Of a DNA stretch of 64,000 nt, positions 51,981-63,231 are shown one piece after another; positions within the stretch are counted from its first letter, which is position 1, and each line of letters opens with the position of its first letter. The DNA lies in assembly GCA_002189035.1 (NCBI GenBank), contig CM007989.1:3844001-3908000 (forward strand). Direction: 5' to 3'. Both the position numbers and the translations under genes were made by a program. The DNA is from Utricularia gibba. Taxonomy: Eukaryota > Plantae > Magnoliophyta. Below the pieces are notes generated by a model. The model was not told where the DNA came from. It searched no databases and worked only from the letters and a program-made list of their open reading frames with translations.

Positions 51981-54070
51981 CAGCTGGATTTTTCAAAATT
52001 GATTTTGAGAGGGCATACGTTCGGTCCAATGAGAATTCTTATTTAGAACTATGAAATTGATGGGATTTAGTGAAAGATGGATCAATTGGATTAAGGGGTT
52101 ACTCCAAAACGAGGTTGCTGAGATAGTAGGAAACGGGGCCCCCTCTGGTTTTTTTGCAGTTCAAAAGGGGTTGAGACAAGGAGACCCATGTGCTCCTTTC
52201 TTATTTTTATCGTGGTAGAAGTAATTCACTACTTAATCCAACGAGCTATAAAGTGTGACTTATTGAGGTGAATCAAGCTTGGTCTTACTGGTCCTAATCT
52301 TTTTCATCTCCAATACGCCGATGATATTATACTTTGTGGCAAATGGAATACAGAGAATATCTCTATGATGCAGCAGGTTATACGTCTGTTTGAAGAAGCT
52401 TATGACCTCAAGGTAAATATGCAGAAATCTGGACTATATGGCATCAACGTTGATCAAAATAATATTACACAAATTGCAAGACAAATAGGGTGTTCAGTTG
52501 GTAAATTCCCAATGAAGTATTTGGGTTTCAAGATTGGTATGCAAACGAGGCGAGTTTCTTTTTGGGATCACATTGTAAATAAATTCAAAGGTAAATTATC
52601 AAGTTGGAAAAGTAGACTGATTTCCCAAGCAAGTAGGCTTACTCTACTAAAGTCATGCTTTAGTTGTCTTCCTCTATTTTATATGTCTCTCTATGAATTC
52701 CCAAATGAGGTATTAAAAACTCTTGAAGGCATACGTCGGAGATTCTTTTGGGGACATGAGAGTGAAGAAAGAAAAATCTATTGGATAAAGTGGAAGAAAC
52801 TGTCCCAAGCCCCACAAGAAGGTGGGTTAGGAATTTCAAGTTTGAAAGCTAAAAACATTGATCTCCTTTCTAAATGGTGGTGAAGATTTAACATTGAAGA
52901 TAAGGCGTTGTGGAGGAGAATTATAGTCGGTATATATGGTCCAATGGGTGGTTTGTCAGCTTTGGATGTACATGATAGTTACAAATCTACATGGGAAAAA
53001 ATAATTCACATTGGAAAATATTGGGAAGCTGCTGGAAAACCACTGTAAGCACAATTCAAGTGGTCTATCTATCAAGGGAATCGTATTAAGTTTTGGCATG
53101 ATGTTTGGATAGGAGATATATCTTTTAATATTAAGTTTCAAAGACTATTTGGTTTAGCTACGAATAGGGAGGCACTAGTTGCAGAGATGGGTTCGTTGGC
53201 TGGTGAGGAGTGGTATTGGATAATGGAGTGGTGATGCCGACCGAGATATCAAGCACTACACGAGCTTCAAAATATGGAAAACATTATGTACGAAGTAAAT
53301 TTCTTGGGAGGAAGGGACAGTGTGACATTTATTGAGAGCATTGATGGAGTTTTTAATGTCAAGAAAGCCATTTTAATTATTGAGAAGTTTTTTTCAGAAG
53401 AAAGATCGACCCAACCGTTAAAGATGAAGAGATTAATTCTATCTAAAGTGAACTTGTGTGTATGGAGGCTGTTGAATTCCGATCTGGCAACTGCAATGAA
53501 CCTAAGGCTAAGAGGAATAATGAACATACCATCAGATTGTATGATGTGCAACTTTGAAACTGAAGATGCCCAACATGCCATTTTCAAATGTCGTGCAAGT
53601 CAGGCCATCTGGAGCCAAATACAAATCTGGACAGAATACGTGGTGAGGGTTCATTCAGACAACATTGACTTACCTATTAGCATTGTGTATGCTGGCAGGT
53701 ATGCTGAACAAGTAGGATCTGTTCTATGATCCTTGATCTATGTAACAATATGGCTGATATGGAAGCGACGAAACACTAAAGTTTTCTGCCACCGAGAAGA
53801 TCCGGCTTCACTAACTTTCAGCAACATTCAATTCCTTATCTTTTTCTGGATTAACAAGAGAAGCAAATTTGACTCCAGTAGACTGATATGGCAAGAGTGG
53901 ATTACGTGTCCTGTGGGTGCAATATGCAATTCCACAATCAGATCGCACCGCCTGGGACGGTAGATACAGGGGCTTTAGAGCCCTGGTGTATAGCAAATAA
54001 TAGAGACTACTCTATGTAGTAGTGTAATGAGATGTATGATTTCTAGTAATAAGATAACCGATAAAAAAAA
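51981..54070 (+). mobile_element. 5'-truncated L1-type LINE in HIRA intron 1
   Basis: RT motifs KIDFERAY, KGLRQGDP, YADD; zf-RVT CMMC...HAIFKC; poly(A) 54063-54071; 15-bp TSD ATGAAGTTAA(A/G)CGTC at 51966-51980 and 54071-54085. Confidence 0.93.
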
Positions 54071-55644
54071 ATGAAGTTAAGCGTCGTGTATTGACCATTC
54101 AGGTCCGCATATGGAACATGAAATCTGTTGGCCGTGAACTGTAATTGATGATTCAGTATCAAAGCTACTGGCAACACTGCGCGATCATTTTGGCTCTGTT
54201 AACTGTGTGAGATGGGCTAAACATGGGCAGTATATTGCCTCTGGATCTGATGGCCAAGTTATTCTCATCCATGAGAGAAAGCCCGGATCAGGAACAACGG
54301 AGTTTGGTAGTGGAGAGCCACCTGATGCTGAGAACTGGAAGTTTCCATGACTCTGAGAGGGCACACTGCTGATGTGGTAATCAAAATACATGCTACAAAC
54401 AACATGAAATTACATCATGCTTGATTTTTTTCATGGTGAAAGTAGGTGGATCTTAATTGGTCGCCAGATCATTCAGCATTGGTGAGCGGAAGTCTGGATT
54501 ACACCATTCATGTCTGGGACATGAGTAACGGCAGTTGCATGGCTGATCTCCGAAGTCACTCAAGTCTGGTTAAAGGTGTGGTTTGGGACCCAATAGGCTC
54601 ATTCCTGGCTAGCCAATCAGATGACAAAACTGTCATTATTTGGGGAACAAGTGACTGGAGCATTGCACATAGAACCGAGGGTCATTGAGCAAAATCTGTA
54701 AGTTGGTAAATTGGCCAATGATTTGCATCATCAAGTATCAGATTCTAGTTTTAAGTAATTCAGCTGACCAGTAGCTGCCATTAGTTCTTGTTTTGTTATG
54801 TAGCTTTTCTTCAGTTTTTTTGGCACCTTACGCTTTTTGAAACATGGCCTTTGCAGCTTGGATCCACTTTCTTTAGGCGCCTAGATTGGTCTCCTTGTGG
54901 ACATTTTATAACAACACATGGTTTTCAGAAACCGCGACATTCAACACCTGTTCTTGAGAGAGGGGAATAGTCTGCAACTTTTGACTTCTTAGGACATAAT
55001 GCTCCAATCATTGTTACTAAGTTCAATCATTCAATGTTTAGAAGAATATTATCCAATGTTCAGAACTGCAGCTGTTGGGTGGAGCAATGGCACCAATGGC
55101 TCTTCAAGGAGTGAAGCCAAAGATTCACAGCCATATAATGTGATTGCAATAGGAAGTCAGGATCGTACCACAACGGTGTGGACTATTGCAAGCCCCCACC
55201 CCTTATTTGTGGCTAAGCATTTCTTTTCTCAAAGTGTCGTAGACCTATCTTAGTAATATGTTCTTTTATTTTTTATGCACTTGGGTAGCTGGGAACTGCA
55301 ATATTTGTGTTTTAACTGAATATTTTACAAACTGCTCCTTTTTTGCAGGAGCCCTGATGGATACTCGCTGTTTGCTTGTTCTCTGGATGGGACAGTTGCA
55401 GCATTCCATTTTGATGCTTATGAAATTGGACATAAATTGACTGATGCTGAATTAGATGATCTAAAACGAAGTCGGTATGGTGATATGCGAGGCCGACAGG
55501 GTATCCTAGCTGAATCTGCATCTCAGTTGTTGCTTGAAGCAACTTTTGCAAAACAGAATCAGAAGAAAAGGCCAAAGACTACTGTCCAGGACAGCCATAC
55601 ATTAGGAAAACCTTCTGCTGGCCTGGTTCTTCCTCCACGCACCA

Positions 55645-55951
55645 TGTTGTGGATCTTACTCCCTGGACAGAACCTCTCACCTACCACAAGAGGAGCAAGC
55701 CCAACTCAAATATCAACCCTTAAGCATGAACGGCTTGATGAGAGGAGAGACCACCTTTTATTTTAGTGCAGAACGCAGAACTGAGCCTGGAGGCAGGGGG
55801 AGCTGTGCCTGGAGGCCGTTTCATGTTTCATCCCTTGGTTCTTTCGTTTTCTGTGTTTGTTGAGATTGTGTCAAAACTTGTTCTTAATTAGTATTCTTTG
55901 TTCTTATTGAAACTGGGGCCTATTAATCGCTCGAAATCCAAGAACACAACA
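55645..55951. mobile_element. 307-bp solo LTR inserted in a HIRA exon
   Basis: Perfect 7-bp terminal inverted repeat TGTTGTG...CACAACA; 5-bp flanks CACCA/AACCA (4/5 TSD match); HIRA-like coding sequence on both sides. Confidence 0.8.
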
Positions 55952-56858
55952 AACCAATACTGCCCTTAGTGATGGAAAGGGTACCAAAAACCCCCCCAAG
56001 CAATGAACCTAAAAAACTCAGTTCATCTAAGGCCGCAAGTCCTGTGAAGCAAAAAGAATATAGACGTCCGGATGGTCATAAGAGGATAATTTCAGAGGCT
56101 GTTGGAGTAGCTGTAGAGTCCAAATCTCTTGAGTTTCCTGCCAACTCGCCAGTTCAAAGTAGGGATGAAAATGTTGCAGTTCATAATAATGCTGGCGCTG
56201 TATCTGGTTCACTTAGGACAGCTACCAGTGTAATTTCTGACCCAAAAGATCGTTGTGGCATGACAGCTAGAGCATTTATCAGTGAGAGTCTGGTCATTGA
56301 GAAGGTTCCAGTGGATGGAAATAAAGAAACTAGTAATCTGGTTGAGCAGATTGGTATTTCAAATTCTGGCAGCATTCTCTCAATACGAGTGTTGGGCAAA
56401 AAACAAGGGGGAGGTGCAGTACCGGTTTGCTTGCAAGCTCGATTGAAAGTGCATCAGAAACACATCTACCATTACAGAAACAGTGCTATCGTGTTCATCA
56501 GGGCCTCAAACTCTTTGGTCTGACAGGCTATCTGGAAAGGTCGCAGTCATGGCCGGGAACTCTAATTTTTGGGCTGTTGGCTGTCAAGATGGATCACTGC
56601 AGGCCAGTATAGGTAAATTAAGGATAAAATAATTATATTAATAAAAAATAGAAGAAATCAGTAGTGTACAGATCAGGTAATTGGATTTTGGGCTCTATGA
56701 GAACAGAGGTGGTTCACCCAAAAGGCCATAAAGCCCAGGGTTTTCGTCAATAATATGAATCACAGAAGCCCTAAGATCGAAAAAGGCCGGTGGTCAGAGG
56801 TGTGTCTCAGGAGATCCTTCAGCGGAGGCGAACTCTTGAGATTGTTGTTCGTTTCGAA

Positions 56859-57716
56859 ATGAAGGTGGTAGCAGCTTACTTGTTGGCAGTTTTGGGTGGC
56901 AATGCCTGTCCGTCGGCGGAGGAGTTGAAGGGTATCTTGGGCTCAGGTACGAACGATTACATGTTTTTTTTTCTGTTCAGTTGGAATCTTGTTGATTGAA
57001 TTTGTTGTCTTTCGTGGTGATCTTGCTAGAAATATGCAATCTACATATGAATGGCTTGACCGGAGTTAAAGATGGCATTTTTTTTCTGTAGTAGTGCTCT
57101 GTACAGGGTCATTTTTGTTTGTTTTATTGCGCCATACCTTTTTTTTTTTTTTTTTTTTTGTAATTCTATGTGAATTTTGGTGGAATTGATTTCTTTCTGT
57201 ATGCGTTTGTTTCGATATTAAGCTAGTTATGATTAAGCGTCGTCGTGTGCATTACTTTTTATTTGTTGATTTTCTTTTCTGATTTCCGTGTTGTGTTCCA
57301 ATACTTAACTGATGCATGGTGTACCGCTTCGTTCGCAGTTGGGGCTGAGGCAGACGACGAGAAAATTGAGTTACTGTTGTCCCAAGTTCAAGGCAAGGAT
57401 ATAACTGAATTGATCGCTGCTGGGAGAGAAAAATTGGCTTCTGTTCCTGCCGGAGGTGGTGGCGGTGCTGCATTTTCTGTGGCTGTGCCTGCTGGTGATG
57501 CTGCCGCCCCTGCAGCAGCTGCTGCCGAGTCAAAGAAAGAGGAGAAACTAGAAGAGAAAGAGGAGTCCGACGATGTATGTTCTATGACTGTTGATTATAT
57601 TTCTCTTACAGATCAAATTTGCAATACCCTTTTCTTCTATTTGATGCTTGAGCATAGCGTAATCTTCATCTATCCTACCTACCTTGCAGGACATGGGATT
57701 CAGTCTCTTTGACTAA
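56859..57716 (+). CDS. RPP2: 60S acidic ribosomal protein P2 (exons 56859-56946, 57339-57574, 57690-57716)
   Basis: [15 protein letters not shown]; [19 protein letters not shown]; ends EEKEESDD|DMGFSLFD*. Confidence 0.96.
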
Positions 57717-57974
57717 GAAATGAAGTCGATGGTGTGTCATAAAAGAGTATTTCCAGTTTTCCAATCCACTTGGTTTGAATTCGTATCATATCAAAGTAGA
57801 GGTGTTTGTTTTGTGTTTATTGACTCTTCTGTGATCTCAAGATACTTCTACTTGTAATTTGTTCATGATGCAGTAGTGTGTTGAGCATTATTTTGCTGCA
57901 ACTCTTGCCATTGCACGAAAAGCATCCAGTTTCTAGCATTATATGAGGTATGTGTACAAAGCGTTCAATGCTGA

Positions 57975-60026
57975 TTAGTAGTACTCTACCGGTGTATCAG
58001 GACAACTCTCTTCGGAGAAATACTCTCCCCTGTCCATCTTTGAAGGGACGAAAGGTGGAGTATTGCATCGGAGAAGCGCCCAGTTCAGCCCTTTGAAGAA
58101 GGGGTGATGCTTGATGGCTGAGGCGCCCATAGTGGATCCCAGTCTCGTGCCTGGATCCTTCACCAGCAGTTGTGAGATCAGATCCTTTGCTTGTCCCGGC
58201 ACAGCTGGTTCTCTCGGAAACTCCAGGGCTCTGGCCACAATGTTGGCGAAAGTTACCTCGTGGTCCACTCCACGAAACGGCGTCACGCCGTAGAAAAGCT
58301 CGAAAATGAAGATCCCCAAAGTCCACCAGTCTACAGCATTGCCATGTCCTTCTCCAGAAACTATCTCCGGGGCCAGGTACTCATGCGTCCCCACAAAGGA
58401 CATCGACCGGAGATCAACCGGCTCCGTCACAACCTCCGGTCCAGACCGACGACTGGCTTTCTTCTTCCGCTTCCACTTGTGGTGAAAACAGGACACCGCC
58501 GGGACAATGCAGCTGGGAAGCATGCAGGAAGCTGCTGTCATCCCTTTTGGCTCAGGGGCGTAACTGCTCTCCGGAGGGATGCTCCAGCACTCCTGCGAGG
58601 GAATCACCTGCGCCGGAGTGGAAGTCCAGTCATCGCACCGGAGCGAGAGGTCGAAGTCAGTGAGCATTACATGGCCATCTGATCGGATCAAGACGTTCTC
58701 AGGCTTCAGGTCACGGTACACAACTCCCATCATGTGCAGGTACTCCAGCGCCGCCACAACTTCGGATGCATAGAATCTGTTCATTGCATGGGAACCACCA
58801 TGAACACAAACAGCCGGAACCAGACAACTACACAAGAAGATGACAGTAACTGCAGGTTTCACTCTTAATTTCCTCTACTGACTGACACCCTGTGCTTTAG
58901 GGCTGGTGTGACAATCAATGAAGAACAAAAAAAAGGCACAATGACAAGTCCCAACATCTCATCATACCTCAAGAAGGGCAAAAAGTTGGACCCAAGTGTC
59001 ACATCAAAAGGCAAGGATTACTGTGGGTATTATTAGTTCTTTTTTTACCACAGTAAATATCATGTGTATGACAATTAACCACGGTAAAATTCTGAACAGG
59101 GGTTACTTTTATGACAAAAAAAGGTAAACTCTCTCACTGGTTGGTTGGGCTTCCTGAATAAACACATTCATTAGGGACCAGGATGCAAAAAATGATGGGC
59201 ACTGAAAATAGGATAATATTTTGAAATTAGTTAATAGGGAAAAAATTAAGGTTTGTGATTAGATGATGAATAGAGCATGAGTATCGCTGTCGGCCAATAG
59301 GATGGCGACGTGTGTAATCAGCGCCGCACAATGCAATGTTGCGCCACATGCTGTGTCTGAGTGGAGAGTGATTTATTGATTTAATTAAAAAAGATTTATT
59401 TTTTATTAACAAAATAATATTTTTCTGAATTATTTGCTTAATTGAAATATTTTGTAAAAATAATAATTTTACTGGGGAAGAGTAATGATTAGTAAGCTTG
59501 GAGAAAAATGGACGCACCGGACGGCGGAGTCGGGGAACCTTTTAAACGGCTGACGCTGCCGGAGGAGGTGGAGGTCTCCGCCGGGGCAGAACTCAGTGAG
59601 TAAGCAGAAGGAGCTCGGCGACTCCACGGCGGCGTAGAGCCTGGGAAGAAATGGGTGGTCCAGCATTTGCAGAATCTCCTTCTCCCTTCTCGCTCTGTCC
59701 TCCTTGTTCCGGCTGGCGAGCTCTTTCTTGTCCATCACCTTCGCCGCCAGGAGCTCCGGTGACGGCGCTTTTTTCAGCTCCACGAGGTATACGGAACCGA
59801 TGTCACCGCTCCCGATGCGGCGGAGGAAGTGGAGGTCGGCGAAAGAGAGAAGCGTACAGGAGGAGTCGTCCGCGAGGAGGAGTTTGGAGGCCGCGGCGGC
59901 TGAGGAGGAGGATGAGGAGTTGGAGTTGGAGTCGGAGACGGAGCTGGTGGAGAGGTTGATTTCAGTGACGGTGGTGGCGGTGGAGTTGAAGCTCAGGCTA
60001 CAGAGATCGTCAACGACGTCCTCCAT
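57975..60026 (-). CDS. AGC1 (AGCVIII) Ser/Thr kinase (exons 59518-60026 and 57975-58776)
   Basis: [30 protein letters not shown] with T-loop insertion, [22 protein letters not shown]; splice gives AVR|FYASE. Confidence 0.95.
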
Positions 60027-60116
60027 TAGACCGAGAGGATGGAGTGTCGCACCGTACCACCGAAATGAAGGAGCGTTGGCCCACGGAAAAACCCTTACGT
60101 TATATATCTGATACAT

Positions 60117-60139
60117 TACGTGGGGCCCACTCACGTGCT
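60117..60139. promoter_or_regulatory. ACGTGG / GGCCCAC (TCP-type) / CACGTG cluster upstream of the kinase
   Basis: TACGTGGGGCCCACTCACGTG about 90-110 bp upstream of the ATG; motif match only. Confidence 0.4.
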
Positions 60140-61074
60140 TTCTATTTATCATACACAGGCGTTTATTTTATTTTATATTGAATTTGTAAATATTTAATTA
60201 AATTTACGATTAAATTAGAAAATTAATTCAGTCTTTATTTAAATAGCATTTATGTTTTGAAATTAAAAAATATAATTAAAATTTATTGAAATCGATTCAA
60301 TTTATTATAAAAAAGTTTATCCTAAATTGAATTTTATCGTTATTAATTTTCAACATCTATGAAAATTATAAAATTGGTTTTTATTATTTTAGTGTTATCC
60401 CATTATTAAAAAAATTGGATTTAATTAACTGTATTGTTTCAAAACAGTGATAAAATTGATTATTGTCGTTTAGAAAAGTAATTGTGAATAATTTAATATC
60501 CACTATTTACATTGTGATAAATAATTCTTATTATTTGAAATAATTAGTATTAATAGTTTACAGTTAGGCGTTTTATCGGTAAGGGTAAAACTTAAAATCA
60601 TAAAATTTAAATACTAGAAATAGATAATATCGTGAAAGCAGAATATTGATAATTATATTTGATATCAAAATCAAACTTACATATGTAATCAATGGTGAAA
60701 CAAAATTCAATGAATCTGCAATCCAAGGACAAATATAAAGAACTTAATCAAATGTCACATCAATTATAAATGAGATAGATGAAGAGAGTATTTAAAAATT
60801 TGACAAAATTAGTATGCAACTAATTATGTCGAGTTTTGAATAGTATAAATTAATTATGATGTTGTTAAAATAATGGAAGACTAAAAATATTTAAAATATG
60901 AAATTTTGAGACTAATCATAAGTCATATTTGAGGACTAATTACATTTGATACATAAAATTGATTTTACGAATAAGGATGAAATATGTAATTTAAGTAAAC
61001 TGAAATATGGATTCAACCTGTTTTTAAAACATTTTTTGTTCGTAAAAACACATGAAATATTTATTTATTTATTA

Positions 61075-61101
61075 TATTATTATTATTATTATTATTATTA
61101 T
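61075..61101. repeat. (TAT)9 microsatellite
   Basis: Direct reading. Confidence 0.9.
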
Positions 61102-61813
61102 CATACAAGTAAACATACTTTTTTTTTTATAATAGTCAGGCTTTGAGTATTCAAGAATGGGCCTTTGGGGCTCTGTATGTTGGCCCAATTTCCCTTCTTT
61201 TTTACTTTTATTGTGTGTGAGAAATCACGGCGTGCTGCTGTGTGCAGGCCGGAAAACCTGAATTGTGAGGAGGAAGACTGGATTCATACGGTGATTTGGA
61301 GGATTTGGAGAAAATGTGCTGTTTTAAAAGGGATAAAGGAGGTCAATTCGCTGTGGCCGCAAACAGAATGCATTCCGATGACCATAGGAAGGAGGTTCGC
61401 AGAGATTCTACCTGCCGGTGCCACCCGATGTATAAGTTAGTGCTCCCAGTGCTATTTTTACAATAGTTTCAGGTCAAGAAGTATCTGAATTTGTTTCCGC
61501 GGTTTGGTCTTGTTCCAAGTGAGCTTTTCCAGGGGAACATGAGGCAGGTTTGTTGACTTGACCAGTTCTTTTGTTATCCAGTGACTGAATTTAAGTGTTA
61601 CCTGCGTTGGTCTTGTATGTGAATCAAAAAGGGTACCTCATGGTTTCTTCTGGTCTGCTTAGTTTGGGATTTGCATGTTTGACGCTGATTACGCGTTCGA
61701 GGATGTTATGAGGCGCAGGTATTCTTCTCTTTGTTTTGAGATGTCAAGTGAGGAGGTCCTTAAAATCTTGAAGGGACCTCTATTGAGAGGTCTGCAAATG
61801 TACTGACTTATAG

Positions 61814-62259
61814 AATGCATTGAGGAATTAAAGCTGAACTGCTTAAAGGAGGCTTGTCCGCCGCCAGGTGATACCCATCCCTTGGAACTGCTAGGATAAT
61901 TAAGCTTCAGCCTCCTGTTCAACTGGAGCATACATTTCATCATTGTTACAAGCTGTCTAACTTGTATACCCGTCGTCCATTCTTTGCAACCTGTCTAACT
62001 TGTAGATGCTTCTGAACCGATATGGACAATGAAACCTGCTGTCGATATCATGAAAAACCAGAGAATCCCCATGGACCCTTTACATTTGTCAGGTTTACCA
62101 GCAGGCCTTCAAATTGCAAGTTCCACGTCACTCATACGGTTCCCCACCTCGGGTGTATGCCCAAGAGCTTGTTACCATTTCCATACAGGTGTGTGGCAAC
62201 AAAGAATTCAGAGGAGATCATGGATGGGAGCAACCCTCAGAAACAAGTTTATAGCCTAG
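61814..62259 (+). other. Putative orphan spliced ORF fragment (exons 61814-61867, 62006-62092, 62189-62259)
   Basis: Canonical splice sites; both internal exons are multiples of 3 and open only in phase 1; no recognised family. Confidence 0.35.
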
Positions 62260-63231
62260 GAAATCTGGGCATGGTTCCACATATCCAGTTAACAGATAAG
62301 CTTTCTGGAAACTGCAACATGTGCCAGATATAGACATTTTCATACCGAATTGAAGTTTCTTTTTTCCAAAAACAAACAAACAGGTGGTCTTGTTTGAGAC
62401 AGCAACTTCTGGGTAAGATCAATGCTCAGATTCTAGATAGCATATGGTTTTCGATAACGTTAAAAAAGAGCCTTGTAATTCTGTTTTACCCATAAGAAGC
62501 ATGTTGGTTGGTGTACGGGGGCATCTTGTTTTCCATAGAAGAATCATTGAAAAGCATGCCATTCAACTAGTCATATATCTGTAAGGCTGGAAGACAGGGT
62601 ATTTATTATATTTTATCTTATATAGTCTTGTCCTTCTGCTTGCCAGGGGAAAAAATAAAAGATGAATTTGAAATTGATAGCCATGGAATGATTTGAACTT
62701 GAATTCAAAGGGAGATGTGGTCCAAGCATAGATTGCAGATGGTGAGGAATAAATCAATGAATCTGATCTCGCCTACCCACTTTTGCTTCCCTCATTATTT
62801 CTAGCATTTCAACTTATTGTTGAAACACCAGGGCTGGAGCCCATCCTTTCAATGCTGCTGCTCTCTCTTTTATGGCTCCCCTGATTGCACCTTTTCACTC
62901 ATGAAATCCTGAACAAGAAACTTTCTTGGACTCTGTGCAGGAAATAACACCAGACCCTCGCAGAATAATGCCCTAAAGGATGGATACCTTGTGTTTGGAT
63001 TCCCTGTTGCTGTTGAGTATTCAGGGCACTTGGCATCCAGTCCACAAAGGTCTCTTTGCTTTTCCCTGATGCCTCATGTTGCTTCTCAAAATTGGATCCT
63101 TGAAAGTGCCTGAGAGACACCTAGGGTTTCAACAACCAAATCATCAGCATCAATCAAGTAATAATCCATGTCCAATTTACAATTGGATTTATGAATTTGG
63201 GGATTTTTTTTTTCAGAAAATGATAAAATTT

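Larger units (their letters stand above)
51690..56602 (+). pseudogene. HIRA: HIRA histone H3.3 chaperone pseudogene, 3'-truncated, two TE insertions
   Basis: [21 protein letters not shown]...FATGGGDHK|VRIWNMKSV; [13 protein letters not shown]; LRGHTADV; SPVKQKEYRRPDG; ends [13 protein letters not shown]. Multiple stops and frameshifts. Confidence 0.93.

Noticed and set aside
56790-56858. Upstream in-frame extension of RPP2 in the ORF track (also for DUF1279 and S40)
   Set aside because: The RPP2 extension starts at a non-ATG codon, and the family N-termini fit the downstream ATG better.
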